A stretch of DNA of 64,000 nucleotides. It comes from an uncultured bacterium (GTDB lineage Bacteria; Acidobacteriota; Thermoanaerobaculia; Multivoradales; JAHZIX01). This document shows positions 18,471 through 27,947 of this stretch, piece by piece. Positions within the stretch are counted from its first letter, which is position 1. Every line of letters starts with the position of its first letter. The translations under genes and the position numbers were made by a program. The stretch spans positions 96,001-160,000 of the forward strand of contig CBDUPA010000012.1 of assembly GCA_965368975.1 (NCBI GenBank), given 5' to 3'. Under the pieces are notes generated by a model. That model saw only the letters and a list, made by a program, of their open reading frames with translations. It was not told the DNA's origin and did no database searches.

Positions 18471-19655
18471 ATGCGATTTCTCACCGATCCGAAAATCGAC
18501 TTCATGGGCATGCGAAAGGGCTTCATTGTCCTTTCCGTCGTGCTGGTGTTGTCGTCCCTGTCCTACCTTGTCTACGCCTACAGCAACGACGAGCTGAACG
18601 TCGGCATTGACTTTGCCGGCGGTACGCAGATCACCCTGCAATTCGGGGACACGCCCGATATCGATCAACTGCGCACGATCCTCAACGACGCCGGCATCGC
18701 CAAGCCGCAGATCCAGCGCTTCGGCCTCGCTGAGCGCAACGAGCTGTTGATTCGCACCGCCACCGTCGAAGGCAGTGAAGAAGGCGCTTCCGACGCCCTC
18801 TTCGCCGCGCTCGACGGCGCTTACAACCCCGGTTCCGGCGCCGGTGACGACCTCAACCGCATGGGCCCCGATGCCGTTGCCCGCCTGCTCACCGCGTCCA
18901 ACCCGCTCGGGCTGGATCTCATCCCCGGTGCTGTACCCGATGAGTACCGGCAGATCGGTGAAGCCGTCATCGCGCAGCGTCGCGACGTCGGCCTACTGGC
19001 CAGTTGGGACGACCTGGCGAACATCGACGGCATGAGTCCCGAGAAGCTGACGGCCCTGCAGGACTCCACGCACCTGGGTGCCTTCTCGCTGCTCAGCGTC
19101 GAGAACGTCGGTCCGCAGATCGGCAGCGAGCTGAAGTCCAAGGGTATCTGGGCGGTCGTCTTCTCGCTCGTCGGCATGCTGGCCTACATCGCCTTCCGTT
19201 TCCAGCTGCGCTTCGGTATCGGCGCCGTGGTCGCCATCTTCCACGACGTCCTGATCACGCTCGGCATCTATGCCTTCCTCGGCTTCGAGTTCAACCTCAC
19301 CCTGATCGCCGCCTTCCTGACGCTGGTCGGGTACTCGGTGAACGATACGGTGGTGGTTTTCGACCGTGTGCGTGAGAACATGCAACGCTTGCGCCGGGAG
19401 CCGTTGGTCGAGACGCTCAACAAGTCGCTCAACCAGACCCTCAGCCGTACGGTGATGACGTCCATGACCACCTTCCTGGTCGTGCTGACGCTCTTCGTCT
19501 TCGGTGGCCAGGTGATCCGCGGCTTCGCCTTCGTGCTCACCGCCGGTGTCGTGGTCGGCACTTACTCCTCCGTCTTCGTCGCCTCGCCGGTGGTGCTGGC
19601 GTGGGAAGCCCGCTTCAGCAAGGAAGCACGGACGCGGCGTAGAGAAAGCAAGTAG
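18471..19655 (+). CDS. secF: Protein translocase subunit SecF
   Basis: GIDFAGGT, VGPQIGSEL, HDV, GYSVNDTVVVFDRVREN, GTYSSVFVASP. Confidence 0.97.
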   Translation: MRFLTDPKIDFMGMRKGFIVLSVVLVLSSLSYLVYAYSNDELNVGIDFAGGTQITLQFGDTPDIDQLRTILNDAGIAKPQIQRFGLAERNELLIRTATVEGSEEGASDALFAALDGAYNPGSGAGDDLNRMGPDAVARLLTASNPLGLDLIPGAVPDEYRQIGEAVIAQRRDVGLLASWDDLANIDGMSPEKLTALQDSTHLGAFSLLSVENVGPQIGSELKSKGIWAVVFSLVGMLAYIAFRFQLRFGIGAVVAIFHDVLITLGIYAFLGFEFNLTLIAAFLTLVGYSVNDTVVVFDRVRENMQRLRREPLVETLNKSLNQTLSRTVMTSMTTFLVVLTLFVFGGQVIRGFAFVLTAGVVVGTYSSVFVASPVVLAWEARFSKEARTRRRESK

Positions 19656-19724
19656 GACGTACGTCGTTCCGTCCGAAATCCGGGTAGGGGCCGCCCTGCC
19701 GCGTCGCCACATCCCTGGATGCAT

Positions 19725-19756
19725 CAACCCCCGCCTCTTGGCGGGGGTTGGTGTTT
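19725..19756 (+). terminator. Probable intrinsic terminator after secF
   Basis: CAACCCCCGCC-tctt-GGCGGGGGTTG 11-bp stem followed by GTGTTT. Confidence 0.55.
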
Positions 19757-19922
19757 GCGGGCAAATTCCGTCGCTGTACCGGGATTCCCGGCAGGCAAGA
19801 AATGCGCGCCGCGCCGTGCCAGGATTGGCGCAAAAAGTTCCTCTGTCGTAGGACAAGCCCGGGATCACTTGTGCTCCGAGGCACGGCCGGCCGCCGTCGC
19901 CAAATCACAGAGTAAAAAGGGC

Positions 19923-19951
19923 TTGCGTCGATCCAGGGCGTGTTCTAGAAT
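19923..19951 (+). promoter_or_regulatory. Sigma70-type promoter, likely producing a leaderless mRNA
   Basis: TTGCGT-17 bp-TAGAAT, with the ATG 8 nt further downstream and no SD sequence. Confidence 0.55.
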
Positions 19952-19959
19952 TGGAACTA

Positions 19960-20787
19960 ATGCTCTCTCGAATCGCGCGCCACCGCTTCGTGGAATTGAT
20001 CCGCTCCCTGGACGCCAGAACCGACCTCGCCGAGGTTGCTTTGGTCGTGGCGGCCGAGACCACGCCCGGTCTGGATATCGAGGCCTACCTGCATCGTCTC
20101 GACTCCATGGCCGAAGAAGCGGATCGACGCACGCGTGCCGCCGAAGAGCCCCACCAGCGCATCGAGACGCTGAACCGCTACCTGTTCGAAGATCTCGGCT
20201 TCATCGGCGACGATGACGACTACTACAACCCGCGCAACAGCTTCCTCAACGAGGTTCTCGACCGCCGCTCCGGCATTCCCGTGACGCTGGCCCTGGTCTA
20301 CCTCAGCCTCACTCGCCGCCTCGGCTGGCCGGTGGTCGGTGTCGGTTTCCCGGCGCACTTCCTGGTCAAGTACACGCGGCCGCAGATCCTCGTCGACCCT
20401 TTCACCGGCGAAGTGATCAACAAGCGCGAGTGTCGCCGCCGCTTGCGCATCGCCTTGGGCGACAACGCCGAGTGGCGCGACGACTACCTCGATCCCGCCG
20501 CGCCCGTAGACATCGTCCTGCGTTTGCTCACCAACCTCAAGCACATCTACATCCAGAGCCAGCGTCACGAACTAGCGCTCAGCTGCTGCGAACGCCTACT
20601 CCTGCTGCTACCGGACTCGCCCAAAGAGCTGCGGGATCGCGGGCTGGTACTGCTCGAACTGGAATGCCGCGAGGAGGCCTACGCCGACTTCGAACGCTTC
20701 CTCGAACTGGCCCCCGAAGACCCCGCCGCCGAAGCCGTGCGCGATGTGCTGTCGATGGCACGGCAGCAGATTCCCCTGGTCAACTGA
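19960..20787 (+). CDS. SirB1/YchA family protein (transglutaminase-like core 2 + TPR)
   Basis: GFIGDDDDYYNPRNSFLNEVLDRRSGIPVTL, GVGFPAHFLV, DPF, RLLTNLK, ELRDRGL. Confidence 0.88.
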   Translation: MLSRIARHRFVELIRSLDARTDLAEVALVVAAETTPGLDIEAYLHRLDSMAEEADRRTRAAEEPHQRIETLNRYLFEDLGFIGDDDDYYNPRNSFLNEVLDRRSGIPVTLALVYLSLTRRLGWPVVGVGFPAHFLVKYTRPQILVDPFTGEVINKRECRRRLRIALGDNAEWRDDYLDPAAPVDIVLRLLTNLKHIYIQSQRHELALSCCERLLLLLPDSPKELRDRGLVLLELECREEAYADFERFLELAPEDPAAEAVRDVLSMARQQIPLVN

Positions 20788-20845
20788 GCCTCCTCCTCCG
20801 CCTCTGCCTGCGCCGGAACTGAATATTCAGAGAGATAATAAATCT

Positions 20846-20892
20846 TTGCAGCTAAGAGCTTATTTGACAGCGGCTGCAAGCCTGGTTACGAT
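20846..20892 (+). promoter_or_regulatory. Sigma70-type promoter for the RiPP precursor with an overlapping inverted repeat
   Basis: TTGACA (20864-20869)-17 bp-TACGAT (20887-20892); TTGCAGC (20846) / GCTGCAA (20873) inverted repeat brackets the -35 box. Confidence 0.7.
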
Positions 20893-21001
20893 TTCCCCAT
20901 ATTCTCCTATTGCGGGTCCTCTTCTCGAAGCCATTCGAATCACGGTCATCCGGAGCCCCAGCGGTTCCTTATCTCACCACGTGACCTTTGGAGGACACAT
21001 C

Positions 21002-21124
21002 ATGAACAAGAGCAAGAAGCCCGTCTCGCTGAACCTCGAACTCGAAACCGTCGAGTCCCGCTGCAAGCCGGGCTGTGGCAGCTCCACCACGCTGCCGCTG
21101 TGCACCTGTCCCATTTCTTGCTGA
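21002..21124 (+). CDS. RiPP precursor peptide, 40 aa (MNKSKKPVSLNLELETVESRCKPGCGSSTTLPLCTCPISC)
   Basis: GGAGGA RBS; leader-like N-terminus; Cys/Ser/Thr-rich C-terminus; directly upstream of LanB domains. Confidence 0.88.
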   Translation: MNKSKKPVSLNLELETVESRCKPGCGSSTTLPLCTCPISC

Positions 21125-21133
21125 GGCGATTTG

Positions 21134-21168
21134 GCTACCGGATCGGACCGTGAATCCGGTCCGGTAGC
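21134..21168 (+). terminator. Stem-loop after the precursor gene (attenuator or mRNA stabiliser)
   Basis: GCTACCGGATCGGA-ccgtgaa-TCCGGTCCGGTAGC 14-bp stem with one G-U pair. Confidence 0.65.
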
Positions 21169-21235
21169 GGTACTCCTGAGCACCGTTTTCGCCCCATCGC
21201 CTGGGCAGCCCCCTGCCCCGGTATACACTAGAGGC

Positions 21236-22234
21236 GTGAAACAACCCGAGTCTCCGGAATCTGAGCATCCGGACCGTGATCCGGTCCCCGTACCGCCGGC
21301 TTCTCTGCAGGCTACTGCCGAGACGGAAGGCAACTACCCCGACCTGTACCTGGTTGCCGAGTGCGGCGAGCAGGATCAAGAGAAATTGGTGCGCGAACTG
21401 GTGGCCCCGATCGTGGCCGAGATCCGGGATCATCCGGAACTCGAGTCGCTGTTCTTCGTGCGCATGAGCAAGCCTACCTGGCAAGTCCGCCTGCGTGTCG
21501 TCGGAGACTTGGAGTGGTTGCAGAACCGCTGCAGGCGCGTGATGTGCCTGCGTCTCGACGCCTTGCGCGGCCGGCGGGCGGTGCACGACTTCAGCCTGGG
21601 GCACTACGGGCGTGAGCTCGAGCGCTACGGCGGTGAAGGCGGCATGCGCATCGCCGAACAGCTGTACCACCACGACTCGCTCGCCTGCTTGGACCTGATC
21701 ACCGCCGAGGCCCGCGGCCTGCTCGAACGTTCGCGGCGTGAGCTGGCGCTGCTCTACAGCGAGCGGCTGGCCAATCGGTTGGGCCTGCATGGCGAAGACC
21801 GCTCGCGCTTTTACCGCTACGGCTACCAGTGGACCTTCCAGACCGAGACCTGGGACCAGAGCGATGCCGACGCACTAGAAGAACGGTTCGAGCAACTGGA
21901 GGCCGGGCTGCGCTCCCTCTTTCCGCTGGGTGGCAAGGCACCGCCCGAGACGGATCTCTGGGGCGGAGACGAGCCGGCGCGCGTTGGTGCCGGCCTGGCA
22001 GCGTCGCAAGAACCAGCGCTGGCACGGCTGCTCAAGGGGCACAGGGCGGGGCGCATCGGCGGTGATCTGGCCTACCTCGGCTGGTCCTACTGCCACCTCT
22101 TCTGCAACCGCCTGGGCATCGACCCGTCCGGCGAGGCGGTACAGCGCTACCTGATGCACCTGTACCACTACCGCGTCCGTGCCCAGGGCTCGCTGCCGGG
22201 GCCCTTGCTCACCGAAGCGGCCAGCGACACCTGA
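21236..22234 (+). CDS. Stand-alone LanB glutamate-elimination domain (Lant_dehydr_C / thiopeptide-type bacteriocin biosynthesis domain)
   Basis: FFVRM..PTWQVRLRV, YGRELERYGG, AEQLYHHDS, SYCHLFCNRLG; start chosen at GTG 21236 after AGAGG. Confidence 0.88.
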   Translation: MKQPESPESEHPDRDPVPVPPASLQATAETEGNYPDLYLVAECGEQDQEKLVRELVAPIVAEIRDHPELESLFFVRMSKPTWQVRLRVVGDLEWLQNRCRRVMCLRLDALRGRRAVHDFSLGHYGRELERYGGEGGMRIAEQLYHHDSLACLDLITAEARGLLERSRRELALLYSERLANRLGLHGEDRSRFYRYGYQWTFQTETWDQSDADALEERFEQLEAGLRSLFPLGGKAPPETDLWGGDEPARVGAGLAASQEPALARLLKGHRAGRIGGDLAYLGWSYCHLFCNRLGIDPSGEAVQRYLMHLYHYRVRAQGSLPGPLLTEAASDT

Positions 22235-22237
22235 ACG

Positions 22238-25003
22238 ATGGGGGACGGCTACCCCCGAGAGGCGGACTGCTGGCAGAGAGGGCCCCGCATCGCCCTCCTA
22301 CGACTGGCGTTGCAACCCTGGCAGCGTCTGCAGGCTCTGCGCGCCGACGCGACCGTCGGGCACCTGGCCGTGGCCCGCCAGGCACAGGCCGAGCTCGACG
22401 CCCTCGTGCCGACGCTCGAGGCCGCACTGTTCACCGCCGCCGGTCCCAAGCGTCCCGCCGCCGGTCCCGTGGAGGCAGCGCGACGCCTGGCGTGCGTCGC
22501 GCTACGGCGGGCGGTGCACAATGGTCGGGAGTTGGACGCCTCGACACTCGGGAGCAGTGACCGCGACGGTGATCTGCAAGGGCAGCTGCAGCGATATAGC
22601 GAGCTGAAGGCTACTGTCGAGCGTGCCCGTGCCGCGGCGTTGCAGGCCTGCCAGGCCGAGTTGCCGCGGGCACGTCAGCACGTTCTCGACGCCAGCGCTG
22701 AACCGCTCCAGGCGGCGGCGCTAGCACTGGTCAGCCGATCGCTGTTCCGCCGGCTGCAGCGTCTGCAGGCCGCAGCCGCACCCCATACTCAGGCCCGCGA
22801 CGCCCAGACCCACGATACGCGTCACACCGTCGCCAAACTGCTCGCCTACCTCGACCGTGCCGCCAGCAAGACCAGCCCCAACGGCCTTTTCTGCGCCACC
22901 GCCGTCGCAACCTGGGGCGAGCGCCTGAACGTCCACCGCCTCGCTACGCCGCCGCGTGTCGATCTGCGCCTCAACGTCACCGAAGCGCGCAAACTCACCG
23001 CCCACCTCGGCTTCGGCCCGCAGATGGATGCCCTCGTGCGACCCCGTGTCACCACGACGCTGCATCGCCAATCCGCGGAGTCCGGCGAAGTCCTGACCTT
23101 CTGGCGCACAGCCTCGCTGCGTCGACCTGAGGACGACGAAGCTCTCCAGCGCCTGGGCGCACAGCCGATCGTCGACCTCTTCGTGCAACTGGCGGATGGT
23201 CGTCGCTCCGTTCCCGAACTCCTCCTGGCCGTCGCCAGCGCGGCGGCAGAGCACGGCATGGAAGTCAGCGTCGAGCAATTGGAGCCCTTCTTCCGCCAGC
23301 TCGTCGACGCCGGCCTGCTGCACGCCGAGATCGAGCTGCCGTACGGCTGCGGCCGCCCCCTGCGCGCGTTTGCGCATCGAGTTGAGGAACCGGCTGTCGA
23401 CGGGGCCCCAAGGATTGCCGAGCTCGAAGCCATCGAAGCCGACCTCGACGCCGTCAACGCCACGCCCATCGAGGCCGCCGCTGCCGTCCGTCTGCCCGCC
23501 ATCCTCGACGACCTGGCACGGCGTCTCGACGCCCAGGCAGCCACCCTGCCCGAACTGGCCCGGCCGCTCGTGCGCGATGAACTCTTCCGTCTCGACGCGG
23601 CCCTCGACGCGGCACCCGGTCGGCAAACCACCCTGCCGTGTCCCTGGCGCGACGCCCTGCAGCCCACCGTCGACGGCTACGCGCGCCTGTTCGCCTCGAT
23701 GTACCCGTCGTCAAACTATCGTCAGCGCCTGGCGTCCGCCTTCCTGGAGCACTGGCCCGCGGACACCGACATCCCCCTGCTCGACCTCTACCATCACTTC
23801 CAACCACCACCCCCGGATTCCCGCGTACTCGACTTCCCGTGCCCGAGCAGCGATGTCGATAGCCAGCCGTACCAAGCCTGGCAGCAAGCCCGCGCCCTGC
23901 TCGTCGAGCTGGCCAGACAGGCCAGGGCGGCCGGGGAGCACGAAGTCCGTCTCGACGACACCGCCTGGCATGCCTTGACGCATCCGCTTTCCGACCCAAC
24001 CGGTCCTTCTGAGACGCTGAAGTGGACCGCCGGCGTTCTCTTCCAGCCCGTGCTCGCCAGTTCCGCGAACCGAAAGCAGCAGAACCGGCTCGTCCTCAAC
24101 GCCCTCTTCTCGGGCACCGGCGTTGCCTTCGCCCGCTTTGCCGACCTGCACCCCGAAGTCGAGCCTGAGCTGCGCCGGCAACTCCGTGCCTCGGACTCTG
24201 CCGAAACCGCCCAAGTCCCCATCGTCGCCGAGCTGACCTACAACCACTGGGGCCGCACCGCCAACGCCGGCCTGCGTCCACGACTCCACGAGTGGGAACT
24301 CGAACTCCCCGGTGACCGCGCCTCCGATGCTGGCTACGCCGCTGGCAAGGTCCTCACCCTCGCCGACCTCACCCTGCGCTACGACTCCACCGAGCAGCGC
24401 TTCCACCTGCGTCGCATCCAAGACGGTCGCCAGGTCCTCCCCGTTCTGTCGAGCGGCGTCAGCCCCGAAGGCCTGGTGGCGCTGCTGGTGGCGATCGGGC
24501 GTCAAGAGCAGCAGCCCCTTGGTCTGCTCCCCGGCTTCGCCTGGCCGGAAGAAGAGCTGGAACAAGACTTCCCAGACGGCGTTGAGACCTGGCCCCGCTT
24601 CGTCCGAGCTGTTTCTTCGGAGGCAGGCACTGACGAGATCGACCTCGAAATCGTCCTCTGGCGCCGCCGCTGGCGCTTCCCCCGCGCCACCATTCCCAAA
24701 CCCCCAAAGTCCCGCCCCGGCGACGACGCTGACCTCCACCTCGCTACCTACTTCGCAGCCGTCGACACCTGGCGCCACCACCACCTCCTTCCTCGCCACA
24801 TCTACCTCCACACCGCCACCGTCCGCAAGCCCACCCACGTCGATCTCGAATCCCCCCTCCACGTCGAGCTGCTGCGTCGACGCCTGGCGTCAGAGAAGGG
24901 AGATGTCTACGTCACCGAAGCGCTGCCGGGGCCAGAGGGTCTGTGGTGGGGCGGTGGAGACGAGCGCTCGAACGTCGAGGTGCTGGTGCAGTTGGGGGTG
25001 TGA
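22238..25003 (+). CDS. LanB-type glutamylation domain (Lant_dehydr_N)
   Basis: YLDRAASKTSPNGLF, FARF, WPRF...RRRW, LPRHIY...RKPTHVDLESPL...VTEALP. Confidence 0.85.
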   Translation: MGDGYPREADCWQRGPRIALLRLALQPWQRLQALRADATVGHLAVARQAQAELDALVPTLEAALFTAAGPKRPAAGPVEAARRLACVALRRAVHNGRELDASTLGSSDRDGDLQGQLQRYSELKATVERARAAALQACQAELPRARQHVLDASAEPLQAAALALVSRSLFRRLQRLQAAAAPHTQARDAQTHDTRHTVAKLLAYLDRAASKTSPNGLFCATAVATWGERLNVHRLATPPRVDLRLNVTEARKLTAHLGFGPQMDALVRPRVTTTLHRQSAESGEVLTFWRTASLRRPEDDEALQRLGAQPIVDLFVQLADGRRSVPELLLAVASAAAEHGMEVSVEQLEPFFRQLVDAGLLHAEIELPYGCGRPLRAFAHRVEEPAVDGAPRIAELEAIEADLDAVNATPIEAAAAVRLPAILDDLARRLDAQAATLPELARPLVRDELFRLDAALDAAPGRQTTLPCPWRDALQPTVDGYARLFASMYPSSNYRQRLASAFLEHWPADTDIPLLDLYHHFQPPPPDSRVLDFPCPSSDVDSQPYQAWQQARALLVELARQARAAGEHEVRLDDTAWHALTHPLSDPTGPSETLKWTAGVLFQPVLASSANRKQQNRLVLNALFSGTGVAFARFADLHPEVEPELRRQLRASDSAETAQVPIVAELTYNHWGRTANAGLRPRLHEWELELPGDRASDAGYAAGKVLTLADLTLRYDSTEQRFHLRRIQDGRQVLPVLSSGVSPEGLVALLVAIGRQEQQPLGLLPGFAWPEEELEQDFPDGVETWPRFVRAVSSEAGTDEIDLEIVLWRRRWRFPRATIPKPPKSRPGDDADLHLATYFAAVDTWRHHHLLPRHIYLHTATVRKPTHVDLESPLHVELLRRRLASEKGDVYVTEALPGPEGLWWGGGDERSNVEVLVQLGV

Positions 25004-25177
25004 GGGGGAGGTAGTTGCAGTCCAGGGCACTCGAGTCCTTGGTCTGCTTGACTGCGGTTTGCCGCGTACTAGATCAAGGGTTTCTTGTCTCTTTCGTAGT
25101 TGGGTAACGAGTGTCGCCGTCAATGAGTGACAGGGCAGCTCGAGTCACGAACCAGGTGACAAAAAGGGGATTGCATC

Positions 25178-27901
25178 GTGGTCGTATGTCTCTTGGAGAC
25201 AGTCGTTCGAAGAGCAGTGACAGCTGCTGCGATTCTGACGCTTGTCGTGGGACTGGGCTTACAGGCACAGTCAGGGTCTGCTAACGCCCCGAAAGGGGCC
25301 CAGTTTGTCTTCGTGATCGATGATTCTGGCAGCATGGGGCAGCCGGAACACGGGCTTACAGACCCCGATCGGCTGGCTGTGTTCGCGGTGCGTGCTCTAC
25401 TGGGTGTGCTCGACGACCGGGACTGGGCGACAGTTGTTCGTCTCAATGGCCCTCGCGAGGGTGAAGATCCGCTATCGCTGGCGCCTTTGGGAGATGCGCA
25501 CCGAACCCGGCTGATGGAGGTTCTGCAGCTGGACGCGGAACTGGCGCGATATGAGGGGGAGTACACGCCTTGCCGAAGGGCTCTACAGGCCGTCAAGCGG
25601 ATGCTCGAAGGGTCGGATAGGCAGAACATTTCCCAAGTCGTGATCTTCCTTTCGGATGGCAAGTGCACACCGGTAACGCAAGGGGAAGATCGTGTCCTTG
25701 ACTTTGCTGAAGGTTTGCGCTCGGCTCAGGGAGAGAATCCGCGCCTTCAGTTCTACTTTCTGCGATTCGAAGGGCAAGAGTACACTCCGGGGCTGGAGCA
25801 GCTGGCCGAGAACACCGGAGGTTCGGCGATCGAGGTCCGACAGGGGGATCCGACGCGGATCCTCTACACCTTTGCGCAAGCGCTGGCCCGCTCGCAGGGC
25901 TACGAACCTCTGATCCTCAGTCCGAGCGTGCGGCAGCTGCCGGCCTACCGGGGGGCCAACCGAGTCCGCTTGCTGGCAATTGCGCGCGGCGATCAGGGAG
26001 AGCCGTTGGCGGTGCGCGTCCGGCGTCGTCAAGGGGGCGGAGTCGATACGGTGCCGATCGAGCAGGGCACCCACAGATTCCCGGGGCAACAGGGGTATCG
26101 CTTCGCTTCGGTGCAGTATCGGCCGGTCGAGCAGCCGGTGGAGGTGGAGGTGGTCGGAGCCGGCGAGGATTGGGAGGTCGTTGCCTTGCCGGAATATCAC
26201 CTGGCGGTCAACCTGGCCTTGCGTCGTGGTGGCTGTGAGGAGGAAGGCGAGACCCTGGGTGGCGTCACGCCAGCCGGAAGCGGATTGTGTGCGGTGATCG
26301 AGCTAGTCAATGAGGAAGGGCGCGTGGTGGGCAAGGAGGTGACCACCGGGCAGTTACAGGCTTCCTTGCGTCAGACAGTCCCGGGTGGTTCCGAGCCTCG
26401 GCTGATTTCGGCAACGGAAGCTTCCTCGGATCTCGCCAGCTTCCGCTTGGATATACAAGGGCTCGAGAGCGGTCACCACGAGTTTCAGGGGCAGGTCCAG
26501 TTGGGGACCCAGGTTGACGATCCCCGAGTTCTGACGGGCACTGCGCGAACACTGCAAGCAGTAGATCTGGCGATCCGGCCGGTTCCGAGTGAGCTGCGAC
26601 TCGATCCAATCCAGCCCGGTGAGGTCAGCCGTCAGAGCCTGGAGATCCATGGCAACTTCGCGCCGTCGGAAGCCGTGGTCTCCTTGGAAGAGGGAGAGAA
26701 TCTGCCGAGCTGCGTGACCTTAAGCTTTGACGGCAAGGAGCTTGGAGAGACCATCTCGATTCGTCCAAAGCAGGGCTACTGGGTCGAATTTCGGGCGGCC
26801 AAAGCCTGCGGCGAGACGCAAGGTCGACAGGTCGATGCGCGCCTGCGCCTGGAGCTTGCGGGACTCGATTCGATTGCCATACCGGTAACCTTTCGCTTGG
26901 AGAACAACGCCCAACGCCGAGATCCGACAACAGTGGAATTGCGGGCAGGTACGACGAGAGAGGTCGATGTAGCAATCCCCGCGGCCTGGAATTCTTTCGA
27001 CGTACAAGCAACCGCCGCCGAGAATGCGCAGGGCGAAACCTATGAGTTGCTGCGCGCTGAGATTCTGAGCGAGCCTCCGATTCCCTCTGAAGACGGTGAA
27101 GCCTCAGGTCGCCAGCGAGTCGAGGGATTGACCGCTGAACAGGGACTGTCTCTGCAACTCGTAGCTTCGGGCTGTTGCAGGTCCGGGACCTACGCCCTCG
27201 ATGTCTACCTGTGGCCCAAGGTCGGTGCCACGACCATCGTACCGCTGGTCGTCGAAGTCGAGGCCAGCTGGTGGACCTGCTACGGCTCTTGGGTGCTCGC
27301 GGGGACCATCGGTCTCTTGGCTGGCTTGCTGGTGTTCTATGTCCTGAGCATGTTCAGTCATACCACCTTGCTCGACCGAGACCAGCTGAGCGCTCGTCTA
27401 GTGCCCTTACGCTGGCCTCGCCATCGCGGCGCACCGCAACCCGCCAGCAATCGCAGTAGTGACCGAGAAGAGGTCGAAGACATTGTGCACAGTGAAGTCT
27501 CTAGCCTGCAGCGGGTGCGGAGCTGGCTACGAGCCAATCCCCTGGTCTTTGGCTCGCCTGGGCGAGAGTACAGAGAGACGGCCGAACTCTTTTTGACCAC
27601 TGATCTCGGGCTAACCTCGATTTCCCTGGTATTGGAGCGGGATGTCGTCGACCGACTCCGGACGAGCGAGGAGATCGACACTTGGGAAGAGGGGAGGCTC
27701 TTCGCGCGCGCCGGCAATCCCGTCTCCTTCTTTGTCGTGCGCGGTCCGAGCAAGAAAGTTCAGCAGATGACTCCGGAAGGCTGGTTCGGCAAGGTCGATG
27801 ACCTGACTGTCGAGCAGGTTTCCAAAGGACAAAGATTCATTCGTCAGCTTTCCATCAAAGAGCGCAAAGAAGGCGCTGTGGCCGGGTGGGTTCTGGAATA
27901 G
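25178..27901 (+). CDS. Membrane-anchored von Willebrand factor A domain protein
   Basis: Signal peptide; MIDAS FVIDDSGSM / YTP / IFLSDG; beta-rich middle region; TM SWVLAGTIGLLAGLLVFYVLSMF; C-terminal tail. Confidence 0.85.
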   Translation: MVVCLLETVVRRAVTAAAILTLVVGLGLQAQSGSANAPKGAQFVFVIDDSGSMGQPEHGLTDPDRLAVFAVRALLGVLDDRDWATVVRLNGPREGEDPLSLAPLGDAHRTRLMEVLQLDAELARYEGEYTPCRRALQAVKRMLEGSDRQNISQVVIFLSDGKCTPVTQGEDRVLDFAEGLRSAQGENPRLQFYFLRFEGQEYTPGLEQLAENTGGSAIEVRQGDPTRILYTFAQALARSQGYEPLILSPSVRQLPAYRGANRVRLLAIARGDQGEPLAVRVRRRQGGGVDTVPIEQGTHRFPGQQGYRFASVQYRPVEQPVEVEVVGAGEDWEVVALPEYHLAVNLALRRGGCEEEGETLGGVTPAGSGLCAVIELVNEEGRVVGKEVTTGQLQASLRQTVPGGSEPRLISATEASSDLASFRLDIQGLESGHHEFQGQVQLGTQVDDPRVLTGTARTLQAVDLAIRPVPSELRLDPIQPGEVSRQSLEIHGNFAPSEAVVSLEEGENLPSCVTLSFDGKELGETISIRPKQGYWVEFRAAKACGETQGRQVDARLRLELAGLDSIAIPVTFRLENNAQRRDPTTVELRAGTTREVDVAIPAAWNSFDVQATAAENAQGETYELLRAEILSEPPIPSEDGEASGRQRVEGLTAEQGLSLQLVASGCCRSGTYALDVYLWPKVGATTIVPLVVEVEASWWTCYGSWVLAGTIGLLAGLLVFYVLSMFSHTTLLDRDQLSARLVPLRWPRHRGAPQPASNRSSDREEVEDIVHSEVSSLQRVRSWLRANPLVFGSPGREYRETAELFLTTDLGLTSISLVLERDVVDRLRTSEEIDTWEEGRLFARAGNPVSFFVVRGPSKKVQQMTPEGWFGKVDDLTVEQVSKGQRFIRQLSIKERKEGAVAGWVLE

Positions 27902-27947
27902 AGCTCGAGGCCGGTCCGAAAACAAAAGCAAAATTGCGAGGTTGAAC

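Noticed and set aside
19960-20787. SirB1-like gene as the RiPP leader peptidase
   Set aside because: Widespread housekeeping-type family, no catalytic Cys evident (SGIPVTL), and the precursor has its own promoter.
20744-21124. 126-aa version of the precursor ORF in the ORF track
   Set aside because: It overlaps the upstream gene and the promoter; the RBS supports the ATG at 21002.
21002-25003. Calling the RiPP locus a thiopeptide, standard class I lanthipeptide or PEARL cluster
   Set aside because: No YcaO, dehydrogenase or LanC in the window, and an elimination domain is present, unlike PEARL loci.
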